From an uncultured Nitrososphaerales archaeon (lineage in GTDB: Archaea > Thermoproteota > Nitrososphaeria > Nitrososphaerales > Nitrososphaeraceae): DNA of 64,000 nt. The stretch is from the NCBI GenBank assembly GCA_963713605.1, contig CAVQMO010000001.1:896001-960000 (forward strand). Direction: 5' to 3'. Below, piece by piece: positions 1 to 10,398 of the stretch. Below the pieces are notes generated by a model that worked only from the letters and a program-made list of their open reading frames with translations, was not told the DNA's origin and searched no databases. The translations under genes and the position numbers were made by a program. Numbering within the stretch: the stretch's first letter is position 1; each line of letters opens with the position of its first letter.

Positions 1-1090
1 TCTTACCTGCATGAGTGTGTTGAGCTCCTTCTTGATAGTCATGGTCTGTTGAAGTATGTGAGCAAAGACAAAGAATCCGGCTGCCAAGAAAAATGGGAAC
101 CAAACTATTGCTTCATTCAGGCCCAGTGGGATATTTCCTAACGGGGATTCGAACTGGTTGAAACGACCTTCGAGTTTTTTTATTCCGTCAACCACAAACA
201 AAACACCGGCTTCGAAGCCATTTCTAAATCTCTCTAACTCTGTCCTGAACTGGATTATTTTCTCACTTGTTTGAGGACTCATGGCCTGAGTAAATTCTAA
301 TATGCCGTTACTAGGTGCCGAATAAGTTCTTAGATTACGCAACTCATTGGTAACATTGGAGAGATAAGGTGTAGGTCCCAAATCCGTAGCGATTTGGTCA
401 ACAGGAGGTTCAATGAATGGCAAAGTTAGTGTCGAGTTGGGCACTTGATTTGCCGATGTCGATTCAGCAGATATTCGTTTTCTTATCTTTCCGATAAGGT
501 TTTCCACTTCTTGAGCATCAGAGACCAATTGTGATTGTATTGGACTAATAACATTGAATGTTGAAGAGTATAGATTCTTAACTATTAGCGCTGATTGATT
601 GTTCTTAACCTGGAGATTACAATCTACCCATGCCCTACTTACAGGCTGTAGTTGATCGCATGCCGGATTTAATAGAATGAGTTCAATCAATCTCTGAATC
701 CCTGCGTCTGTGAACACTAAGGCCCGTTCTATTTAATAGATAGTGGATCTTATTTAGAGACGCAGCATAGGTTTCTACATCTTGTTTTATCTTTGAATGT
801 TCAATATTGAAATTATTAGACTGTTCCTCTATACGCCTAGATTCGTTTACTATATCATTTAGGAGCCCTATTACCGTAGACGTATCATCTAAAAGCCAAT
901 CAGACCTTGCAAGACGCTCAGACTCTCATCTTTAAAGAATAATACGGCAGAAGCAATAAGAAGAAGAAGAAAATGCCTACACCAACAAGTATTATGAAAG
1001 GATCGCTGGAGGTCAGAAGATCTGTTTTCAAAAGTCTTTTGTATTTCATTAATCTTGTCATCTACCCCCCCACTGTCTCGCTCTGCCATC
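1..1090 (-). CDS. Hypothetical membrane protein, frameshifted, runs off the window start
   Basis: The minus-strand frame is open from about 732 to base 1 (...KKLEGRFNQFESPLGNIPLGLNEAIVWFPFFLAAGFFVFAHILQ...). It probably joins the N-terminal piece MAERDSGG... and a hydrophobic stretch (IILVGVGIFFFFLLLLPYY) in a neighbouring frame. Confidence 0.55.
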
Positions 1091-1275
1091 TCAATTCCTC
1101 TCCTTTTTTTTAACTTAGACACATTAGCGCATGAAATACTATTTCAATTTGACTAAGAGTAGGACCTCATTAACCATTTATGTTAATGAATCACTCGTTG
1201 ATTTAACCCGTTATCCCCAGTAGGTTTCACTCGAGCACAAGATTATTAAGTTGTAATTAAGAAGATTCTGCTGTA

Positions 1276-1674
1276 TTGGAACCGCACACTTATAGAAAAA
1301 GGCCAATCCTTTCACTCATTTTCCTTATGCCCGTCTTTTCATTTACCTACCTCATTCAGGTTGCCGTAGGCCAAAACGAGACTTTGTCTGTTTCCATCGT
1401 TCCTGGTTAGGCTTCTCCATTTAACGGGCAATTTTATCGTTCCGAATGCTGTAACTGTTTCCCCAATACCTCAGTCAGTTGGACAAATCAAGATACCAGT
1501 TCGCATACAATAACTTCAGGTGTTTTCACTACAGGCCCATCTGGTCAGTTCGATTCTGGACTACTAAATACAGGAGCAACATTTACGCATCAATTCGCGA
1601 CCCCTGGAGTATTTACATATTATTGTACTATTTTTCCATTTATGTCTGGGGTAGTGAATGTCACAGCACCGTGA
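1276..1674 (+). CDS. Plastocyanin/azurin-like cupredoxin with signal peptide; disrupted by an in-frame TAG at 1408 and local indels
   Basis: Manual translation gives SVSWTNQDTSSHTITSG...FDSGLLNTGATFTHQFATPGVFTYYCTIFPFMSGVVNV with a hydrophobic N-terminus. The track ORF 1479..1745 is an off-frame reading. Confidence 0.8.
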
Positions 1675-1861
1675 GATATGGAAAAGACTTGATAGAAATA
1701 TCCAAATTAACTTATTCTGCTCTTCTAATGCTATTGACAGTTTGACGAGAGCGGAGTCAATTCCAATTTGGTAACACGTTTGAGGAACCAGATAGGGGAA
1801 GGGGGTGACTATAGGTTCGAAAGTTTTGGGCTTCTTTTTAACAAACCATGACTACTAATCT

Positions 1862-2793
1862 TTACCAGTTACCGCCAAACCCAAATTCGCCTAAATCCAA
1901 CCATTCTTGCTTTATAATTGTCCAAATGTCGTCTGCAGAGGTGCATCTGCGTTTTCTTGCTTTACAAAGTACTTCATTGGGATCCACCCGTACCCTCGCT
2001 CTCCCCAATTTGTTCCCCAAGAGTTCTTGAATAGAAATGCTCCACCTTCGCCCTTTTTCTCGTCATATCCAACTATAGTAACAGCGTGACCACCTTGCAC
2101 TGATTCGGTTGGTTTAGGATAAGGAACGAAACCGCCGTTACCGGCTGCCTCCTCGAATGAGTCAAATACCGTGAAACCCATTCCAAGGCAGAATCCCTTT
2201 CCCAAATATTCTTTCATCCTTGTAGTCAGCTGATCATTCGACGGAATTCCTTTGTCCAATCTAAAGTATTTAGTGACTTGAAAGGATTGAGCGAAACCGG
2301 CGTTAAGTACATCAGGTGTATCGTCGAATTTTGAAACATCATACGGATAGTATTCTTCTGGAGGAGCGCCATAAACTACTAAAGCACCTAATGCGCTTCT
2401 AATGTATGCACCAGTATCTCCTGTCAGGTGGAGGAGCCAACGGGTCGTCTTATAAATGAAGAGCCGCGACAATTCCACGTAACTGCTTTTCCCCCGTTTG
2501 CTCATGTATTCGTACATATTTAGCAGCCATATTTGCGGTGCAGCTACCCAATTGACCTTGATCTTTAACTGGAGAACAATAGTTGCGATTGTCAACTTTA
2601 ACTGGAAGTCTCTTTGCTTTAAATGTCTTGTCTTTAGTTTGCAACAGAGACTTGATTCTAGTATCTTTTTGACCGCTAGTTGATCTCGCTTCTATTATTA
2701 CTTCCTTTCCACGTCGCTGGGTCCATAGTCTTTTATGGAAGGATAGTCCTTCAGCCAACCAAATCTTTTGATCTTGTATCCGAAATCGGGCAT
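1862..2793 (-). CDS. Papain-family (C1) cysteine peptidase, frameshifted
   Basis: Motifs DQGQLGSCTAN (catalytic Cys), GGHAVTIVGYD (His) and FKNSWGTNWGERGYGW (Asn) are split over ORFs 2450..2971 and 1912..2595. The N-terminus reads MPDFGYKIKRFGWLKDYP. Confidence 0.9.
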
Positions 2794-3085
2794 GATTGCA
2801 ATTAATTGTTATAACCTTTAAGTATTCCCAAGGAATTGACTTTAGTAAATGACAGATCAGAATCTCGCCTATTAATTGTGAATACGAAACTGCAAACATT
2901 ATGTCTTTACTGCTATCTAAATTGCCTCTATATCGGTACACTTTCACCGAGCCTGCACCTAAGATCGGCATCCAATGTCAATATAGGGTTAGTGAGTACC
3001 GATAACGACGTAGCTTGGACCAAATACTGATTGAAAACCTTTTCAAATTTTGGTACATGGCCCATGGCTCAAGGTTCGTTAACGC

Positions 3086-4438
3086 CTACATAAACCGAAT
3101 GGGTTGATTTTCATAATCATTTTCATTCTGAGTGTCTTTTAAGAAAATGTCTTCTCCGGGAAACGCTTGGCCTTCGTTGTTTGGTGGGACAAAGAAAAGA
3201 CCACAACCGCGGACGAGAAGCATCCTCGCGCTCCCTGGAATTGGATTTTCCGGATCTCCACCGAAGTTTGCCCTGCCTAGTCCATATTGTAATATCCGGT
3301 ATAAGCGTTCAGTATCGCTCTGGAAACTTACAAAGTTTAATCCGGCACAAAAATAAGGGTAACGTTCTGCAGGTTCGAGGAACTCATAACCCTGCCTAAA
3401 AATGAGATCTGAGGCAGTCCTTTTGCCGTCCTTACCATAAGCCTTAAGCATGCGACCTACATGGCTATCCTCTAAAATCATGTTGGTGCTGTTGCTGTTG
3501 CAATTCTCTTCCGGATAAGAGCGAAAGGACTTGTTTCTATCATCGGTTATTTCATATGTCCCCTCAACAGGACAGCCCATAACCGGGATGTTCCTATCAT
3601 TCTCATCTATTCCAATTATGGGACAACCCGTAGACTTGACTCTGCCCACCAACCTTTCCTGCTGTTTCACTGGGATTGCTTCCCAAGCGCTCAAATCAAT
3701 GGCCATTCTTATATAGGCCATGTAGGTGCCGTTTATGGTCCAATATTCTGCAGGATCCGCTTTTTCCTTGCCTATCGTTATCGCCGACGTACGTTCAGAG
3801 CTTTCAATATTGGAGATGCCGTCATGAAATCCCAACCAACTTCGTTTGTCAGGACGGCTAAATCCGGTATGAAACGATCTCATTACAACAGGAGCGCAGG
3901 CTGTATCTCTCTCAAGCTTCCTTAACGTTTTCCAAGTCTCTACCACTGCTCTATGAGTCGATAATTGGCTATCACCAATAAACTGGATGATGAAATGGTC
4001 GTTTGCAATTTCATTGCGAGCGACATCATCAGCATATTTTAGACCAGTATCTCCGAGAATTGGGCCGCCACCTACCGTAGGCTCGCGGAACAACCATTGT
4101 CCTGCTAGATAACTCGGTTTTGTCCTTTTAATTCCATCAATCTCAAATGTCTTCGGACCAAAACCAATAAGGACAGATAGGTTCCCACTATAGAGGTGAT
4201 TTCCATCAAAGTTAAGACCATCAATAATCCCCTCTTGCAGTTTCAAATATGTATTCCATAGAGCTGACAAAGTGTTCCTAATCTTCGCAGGATGGTGCTG
4301 GTCAGTTGATCTAAGAAAAACAACTGCGAACGAATTGCCAGGTTCATTTCCCTCAGAGTAATATATGCCCTGTTGAAGCCTTCCAGACATTAATGATCCT
4401 TCTAATGTTTCTTGATTTATAAACTCCACCCCGGGCAA
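3086..4438 (-). CDS. Dye-decolorising (DyP-type) heme peroxidase
   Basis: GFHDGISN (GXXDG motif), GTYMAYIRM, QERLVGRVK, SHVGR (proximal His), IFRQGY (distal Arg) and GLNFVSFQ. Confidence 0.88.
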   Translation of the reverse strand: MPGVEFINQETLEGSLMSGRLQQGIYYSEGNEPGNSFAVVFLRSTDQHHPAKIRNTLSALWNTYLKLQEGIIDGLNFDGNHLYSGNLSVLIGFGPKTFEIDGIKRTKPSYLAGQWLFREPTVGGGPILGDTGLKYADDVARNEIANDHFIIQFIGDSQLSTHRAVVETWKTLRKLERDTACAPVVMRSFHTGFSRPDKRSWLGFHDGISNIESSERTSAITIGKEKADPAEYWTINGTYMAYIRMAIDLSAWEAIPVKQQERLVGRVKSTGCPIIGIDENDRNIPVMGCPVEGTYEITDDRNKSFRSYPEENCNSNSTNMILEDSHVGRMLKAYGKDGKRTASDLIFRQGYEFLEPAERYPYFCAGLNFVSFQSDTERLYRILQYGLGRANFGGDPENPIPGSARMLLVRGCGLFFVPPNNEGQAFPGEDIFLKDTQNENDYENQPIRFM

Positions 4439-4506
4439 GGGTTCGCATTCAATACTTATTGTTACATTGCTTAGAAGGAGGACGATCTCGAGTCGTCACA
4501 CATATC

Positions 4507-5869
4507 TCATTTAGACGGCCGATTTACCTTTGATGCCTTTTCTTTTTCCTTCAAAACGAATCTTATGTACTCCTCCAGTTCCTCTCCTTCTAGCGCCGGC
4601 TGAATTCCGCTATTTTCTTCTCACTCGCTAGCCAGTCTTTTTGTAGTCGTCTTGACCTTATTTTCTATTTGCTGTTGCATTTGAGAATTTCCAATTCTCG
4701 ACATAAATCTTAACTCTTTTTCTACGGAGTTATGAATTGAAGATCTAAGTTTATGGTCAAATGAAACGGAGATTGCAGAACTATAAATGCCTATCAACAG
4801 TAGATATGAAGAAATACCAAAAAATGATAGCGTAAGAAGACCGAACGGAGGGTATGGGAGCATGAAAATTCCAGTATCAGGACTCGAGATGGAAAGAAGT
4901 ATTATTCCAAAAGCAGATAACCTCAAATAGTAGCGAATTTTCTCGTCTTGGAGGGTGCTTGATATCTTCCAAAATGCTACACCAAATAGTATTCCTCCAA
5001 TAGATCGTGTCAGTACTAGATTTATTACATTAAAGGTGTAACTCTGAATGGCATTTAGGATTTCATACTGAGCGAATATAATTGATATTATAAATTGAAA
5101 TACACCAAAATAATATGCTAGAGGAATAGCGACAATTAGCCAGAATTTAATAGCACTCCATTTTCTTCTTGTCTGATTTAATAATAGTACCTGAGGCTAC
5201 CCAAAGAGAAACAAATGACGCTGCTGACACATATGATTGAAATTCCTTGAATGAAAAGTTTGTAATATTTGGAGTCGATACAGCGATTCTGGATGAATCA
5301 ATAATGCTGCGGTTGTATTTCATTTCTGACAATATAAGGGTTGCTAAAAATACGGAACCCATAGTGATCATTATCATAGTAACGGCGTATGCAAACACAA
5401 TCCGGTCTCTACCGTATTTGAGCCAAATTATGAATCGAAATGCGAGTATCCCAGTGAGACATGTAGAAAGAAAGACGCTCAGTAATATTGGGATTGTCAC
5501 TGTTAAGGAGTTATATTCATTTAGAACTTCCGTTTGTACAATTACAGAAAGTAGAAAAGCGATTATGACAAGTTGAATTACTAATACCCCGATATACGTG
5601 ATCTTCGTATCTTTTTTAAGATTTCGCAAGTTTGAATTCAGGGTAAGACTTGCTCTAATTATACTTAAAAAAAGCAATTGACACAGAATACACGTCAAAA
5701 CCTGCAACACGAAGAAGAAGTGAACGGGAAAAGAATTTTGTGCCCGAAGATCATAGAATGGAAGATGAGGTAAAATTCCATCTACTAGTAATAGAATTAC
5801 AACTACCACAGTGAGAATTGACGCGGTTGTAGTTTTTGAGTGTAGATTTATCGTATTTTGAATATCCAT
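4507..5869 (-). CDS. Multi-pass membrane protein (roughly 9-10 TM) with charged helical C-terminal tail; frameshifted
   Basis: ORFs 5147..5869 and 4621..4926 join through a hydrophobic frame (FWLIVAIPLAYYFG...GGILFGVAFWKI). The tail ENSGIQPALEGEELEEYIRFVLKEK continues in frame past a TGA at 4621. Confidence 0.75.
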
Positions 5870-6167
5870 TCCTGACGAAGTATCTTGTTTTTATGTGATG
5901 AAGATACATAAATGTATTAACAGCATACCACCAAATGTTTGAATAATCATCTGCGAAGCGATTGAACAGGTTTGGCGGAGAATTAAAACACAGTATGAAA
6001 ATATACTTTGTATCGTCGGCAGAAAGACTGTTCTGTGATTTTCTTTACGGTTCAAAAGAACGTGGATCCTGTTGAGTCTTGAGTACCTTAACAGGCTCGA
6101 CTCACAGCAAGACAGTTCAAAATAGTCCCAATTTCTGTTTTAATAGTCCTACCTACTACCTACTAAG

Positions 6168-6174
6168 TTTAAAT
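6168..6174 (+). promoter_or_regulatory. Putative archaeal TATA box (leaderless transcript)
   Basis: TTTAAAT lies 23-29 nt upstream of the ATG at 6197. Confidence 0.45.
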
Positions 6175-6196
6175 CATAGCTCTTAGAATTGAACCT

Positions 6197-6964
6197 ATGA
6201 GCTTGCTTCAACTCGCCGCGCCATTTTTGACTGTGATTCCTTTAGTCTTTGCCTCCTTAATGTTAATCCCACTTGAAAGTTCCGCGAGCTCTCAAAGCAC
6301 AGAGCCACGCTTCTTTCCAGTTAAATCGTCCCCCTATGGTACTCCATTTCAAGAATGGACCCAAAAGTGGTGGCAATGGTATCTATCAGTTCCAAAGCAA
6401 AATAATCACAACTTTGAAGCAGTATCGGGTTACGTCCCCAAGGAGTGCTCATTTTTACAGAACGCTTCGAGCCCTGTTTTCTTCGTTCCCTATGTATTGC
6501 GAGAAAAAGGAGTTCAGGCAACGGCATCTTGCGAGATTCCTCCTAATAAGGCTGTGATGGTCGGAATTGATAATGGCTTAATGGATTATGGAGATTCTAG
6601 AGTTGAGGAGCCTAAAACAGTTGAAAAGATCACCGAGATGGTGAAAAAGAGTAATGAGTTTCCTGTGGAGTTTGATGTTACCTTGGACGGAAAACCAATT
6701 AATTTGACCAATGAGGAAAAAGATAGGGTTACATCAGCACCGTTTTACATAGTGTTACCTGAGAACAATATCTGGAACGAGGCTCCAAACACACCTTATA
6801 CTGCAGTCGCTGACGGATGGTATTTGCTCCTTGAGCCCCTTTCTCCGGGTAAACACGTTTTGGATTATACTACTGGATATAAGGTTCAACCTTCCCCGGT
6901 TGGACCAGCCAATCCGGAAGGTTACACACAAGAAGTAACGTACAATTTGTTGGTCGGGGAGTAG
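6197..6964 (+). CDS. Exported Trp-rich protein of unknown function, paralogue 1
   Basis: Hydrophobic signal peptide; motifs SPYGTPFQEWTQKWWQW, AVADGWYLLLEPLSPGKH and EVTYNL. Confidence 0.8.
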   Translation: MSLLQLAAPFLTVIPLVFASLMLIPLESSASSQSTEPRFFPVKSSPYGTPFQEWTQKWWQWYLSVPKQNNHNFEAVSGYVPKECSFLQNASSPVFFVPYVLREKGVQATASCEIPPNKAVMVGIDNGLMDYGDSRVEEPKTVEKITEMVKKSNEFPVEFDVTLDGKPINLTNEEKDRVTSAPFYIVLPENNIWNEAPNTPYTAVADGWYLLLEPLSPGKHVLDYTTGYKVQPSPVGPANPEGYTQEVTYNLLVGE

Positions 6965-7260
6965 AAGTTCAAATCGGGGGTAAACCTCCCTATACCTTGG
7001 ATCAAATTTGCGGATACCTCTTATAATCATGAACCGCTGGCTACCAAGATTTCAGTTTTACCTATTGGTATGTTCTTTCTCAATTCAACCCTTTCGTAGG
7101 CAAGGCAAACAGCTGCATGGCCAAGTACCAGAATTTAAGCCCATCTGCTGAGAGGGCAGAAATATTTTTAAACTGCGGTCGAGGTGTCCTATTAAGATTG
7201 AGTAATCAGGAGCAGTGTAAACAGTTTCAAAAGGATCTGTTGGACGAAACTAAATCCAAA

Positions 7261-8029
7261 ATGATCTTGAAAAATAGTGAAATTTTTAGAGGAATGAGTT
7301 ATGGTGATTACCTTCGGGAATGGTTAATTTGGTTACATTCCGACTCTCCTATTTATCGTGGGCATAGGCATGAGATTTGTTATGCTCATGGAAACTTGAG
7401 ACTTTATATACGACAGGGAGACAGGTCGGAGGAAGCAGGCTGATCTCTTTCGGAACAGAGCTCGAAGTGAGAAAATCTTTAGGGGAGATGTTATTTTCGA
7501 GGACACACCAGTATTTGTCCCTGCACGAAGCACTTTTTACAGCGTTGGAGAGGTATATTATCAGGACAATAGGAAGTTGGAAGGCATTGCCGACTGTCAG
7601 TACCTATGCAGAAGAGATCAGCACGAGGGAGGTACTTTCTGGTGCACAATTCGTAAGGACGGGTGTGATGAAGTTGATCTGACCGGCCTTCTCAGTTATA
7701 TTGAAACCCCCTCCTTTGAAATGAGAGTGGCCGAAAAAAGTCCGCTTAGAGATTACTTTGAGATGCCTATCAAGCCTGGCACTTATCCCACATTCTCTGC
7801 GGCAAGAGCCTTGATGATAAAGCGTTTGCCCGAGGGGAAATATCGATTACATTACGGAGGATATGGACGAGGGAGGTATTTCAGCGACTCCGTCTACGAC
7901 TTTATAGTCAAACCCGTCGAAATTGAAGAAGCTATAGATTCAAAGATACGAAGTGAAATAATGTATCCTAAGCATATTGCCGGAATTCCAATCTATGATA
8001 AAGAAAAGCACAAGCTAGATGATCTGTAG
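7261..8029 (+). CDS. Trp-rich family paralogue 2 (divergent); one frameshift near 7400
   Basis: FRGMSYGDYLREWLIWL at the N-terminus and ALMIKRLPEGKYRLHYGG...SDSVYDFIV at the C-terminus. The intervening frame is open. An upstream start at 7117 is also possible. Confidence 0.65.
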
Positions 8030-8094
8030 AGGAAAAATTATCTGCATCATCAAATCTTCAAATATTCTATTATATCGAAAGTAGGCATAACTAC

Positions 8095-8736
8095 TTGTAT
8101 TCTAGACAATCACTGTTATATAGTAAGGAATCTAGCCCTCTTGGAAGAACTTGGGAAGAATGGGTCGAGACGTGGTGGAATTGGTGCTATGCAGAACCGG
8201 AGGCGCTATCTCCGGCTGCAGACACTTCGGGAGCTCTGGCAGGCAAGAACCAAAACGTTCCTAGTGTATGGTTTCTAGCGGGTACTTTTGGAGGAAAGGC
8301 TGAACGCCACTGTATCATTCCAAAAGGAAGATCGATCCTTGTCCCTCTCGTAAACGATTTGATATCTTTCGCGGAATACCGCAACCTCAAAAGTGAAGAA
8401 GAGCTTCGCTCGTACGCGAAAGATGATCTCGATACGACCTCTGTGATAAAAGCCAGTATAGATAAAAATTATTTACGAAATTTAAAAAATTATCGAGTCA
8501 TATCTCGTTCTTTCCATTTGGTTATCCCACTAAATGTCCACGGTAAATTGAGTTTGGCGCATACTAAGGCCGTTTCGGATGGCTATTGGCTCTTTCTTAA
8601 ACCACTTCCTCCTGGACAGCATGTTATTATCATTAGCGGCGAAAAGTCGCTATATGACGACGTTCAGTATGAAGGTTATCGGGGGGAAGACGGCAGGTTC
8701 AAGACCGATGTTATCTACCATGCCACAATAGGATAA
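8095..8736 (+). CDS. Trp-rich family paralogue 3, no signal peptide
   Basis: SPLGRTWEEWVETWWNW, VWFLAGTFGG, CIIPKGRSILVPLVN and AVSDGYWLFLKPLPPGQH. Confidence 0.8.
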   Translation: MYSRQSLLYSKESSPLGRTWEEWVETWWNWCYAEPEALSPAADTSGALAGKNQNVPSVWFLAGTFGGKAERHCIIPKGRSILVPLVNDLISFAEYRNLKSEEELRSYAKDDLDTTSVIKASIDKNYLRNLKNYRVISRSFHLVIPLNVHGKLSLAHTKAVSDGYWLFLKPLPPGQHVIIISGEKSLYDDVQYEGYRGEDGRFKTDVIYHATIG

Positions 8737-9380
8737 TCTCATTTTCTCTACGATAGATGTGGTTTCACTCACCACATACTTCAATCAAAAATTGGCTAGT
8801 ATATGAGCCTAAGTTCTCTCTGGTAATACCACTATTATTGCAGTAATCCATAATCTTAAGCCGATCGAGTGAATGCTGTATAAAAATCGGGCTGTTGATC
8901 TGAGGAGACTAAATAGCATTCCCCATCGGTAAGCCCCGAATGCTTCATTTTACGTATTTTCTTAGACCTCAAACCATTGAATGAATTTCTGTTCATGTCA
9001 AATAAGGAGACATTCTCGAATATTTAAGAAATCTAAGGATTCTTACTATTCTGGGTAGTTAAGGCCCGGGCGGCACCCGTTAATTGTGGCCGCCACATGC
9101 TTCGATGGAAGAACTAGCCAACGAAACATTGCCCGTTACTATTTTACAGAACACAATGATAGTTTTTCGCATATATTTCAATTAATAACACTAACTAATA
9201 AGGATTGAACATAAGGAATCTCGATAATTAAAATTTACTCAGTGATTTATACAAATTTAAGGGACCTAACATAGTCCAACATCCTAAGTTATGCAATATC
9301 AAGATAAAAAAGGTAACCTTATCATTTCGATTCGAGCCGGCATATGACCTAAATAGGAGTCGGTTCAATATTCTATCGAT

Positions 9381-9986
9381 TTGTCGCTTGGTTCGTTCCG
9401 GATAACGTCTCCCCAGCAACGACAATACGGCAAGTCCTTGGCTGAATGGTCTATCTGTTGGTGGAAGTGGCTATTAACTATAGAAAGGGAAAGAAATCCT
9501 GTATTTGATATGGTCGGGACCTTTTCGAAATTAAACCAAAGGGAAGAGGTTTTTTTCCTTTGTCAGACTTTTGAGAGGACAGAGGAAGTACCCAAAAGAA
9601 CATTGACGGTCAAATCAGGCACAATTTTCTTGATGCCTCTAATAAACTATATTTCCACTATGCCTAGCGACGGAAGAAATGAAGAAGAGATATCGACGAC
9701 TGCTATGAAGAAGATGGATTCGATCGCAATAATCGAGTTGTCCATCAATCAAATTGGCTTAAGATTAAGCCCGAAGGACTTCAGATTCAGATCTAATGCC
9801 TTTCATGTTTTGCTGCCATCAAGCAACATACTTGACTTGAAGGGCGGTATCGTTACTTGCGTTTCGGACGGCTATTGGATTATGATCGAAGCAATCAGCG
9901 GACCTCTTGAGATTTCTTCGAGCGCGACTTGCTCCTCGGGTAGAACAAAAATTTCGGCCAAATATTTTATTGAAATCCCTCATTAA
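9381..9986 (+). CDS. Trp-rich family paralogue 4, no signal peptide
   Basis: QYGKSLAEWSICWWKW, VFFLCQT, FLMPLINY and CVSDGYWIMIE. Confidence 0.8.
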   Translation: MSLGSFRITSPQQRQYGKSLAEWSICWWKWLLTIERERNPVFDMVGTFSKLNQREEVFFLCQTFERTEEVPKRTLTVKSGTIFLMPLINYISTMPSDGRNEEEISTTAMKKMDSIAIIELSINQIGLRLSPKDFRFRSNAFHVLLPSSNILDLKGGIVTCVSDGYWIMIEAISGPLEISSSATCSSGRTKISAKYFIEIPH

Positions 9987-10076
9987 ATAATTTTTATGTA
10001 TCAAGGTAGACAGCTGAATGCTTGTCTAACCAATAGAAACATAGAAATATCGAACAATCATCAGTTGGATAGATTC

Positions 10077-10244
10077 ATGCCAATCACAGACGCCGCTAAA
10101 AAACAAATCGCTCAACAGAGGAGACTTTTCTTTAAGGTGTGTTTTAAATGCGGTGGAAGGAATCCAATATCTGCACTTAGATGCAGAAAGTGTAGGGGTA
10201 GTCAGCTCAGGTTGAAAAATAGAACGCTAGGGGCTAAGAAATGA
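10077..10244 (+). CDS. rpl40e: 50S ribosomal protein L40e
   Basis: MPITDAAKKQIAQQRRLFFKVCFKCGGRNPISALRCRKCRGSQLRLK; zinc-ribbon L40e pattern. Confidence 0.95.
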   Translation: MPITDAAKKQIAQQRRLFFKVCFKCGGRNPISALRCRKCRGSQLRLKNRTLGAKK

Positions 10245-10398
10245 TCATTCTTGTTAAAGGACTCTATCGCTAAGCTCAAAATAAGGGCAAATCTGAGCTA
10301 CCTATAGATCTGCAACCTTTAGATATGACGGCACGACAGCTACGCTATTATAGTATGAACAGCTATAAGTTGTTAACTGGAGAATGACTTGAGGCAGT

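Noticed and set aside
3086..3140. Encapsulin cargo-loading peptide on DyP
   Set aside because: The C-terminus (ENDYENQPIRFM) lacks the GSLxIGSL-type motif and no encapsulin gene is present.
4621..4623. In-frame TGA (and TAG at 1408) as selenocysteine/pyrrolysine recoding
   Set aside because: No Cys-equivalent context or recoding machinery is seen in the window, and the background error rate is high.
8740..9380. Hidden fifth paralogue or small gene in the gap within the Trp-rich array
   Set aside because: Only short ORFs without family motifs were found by eye; a degraded gene cannot be excluded.
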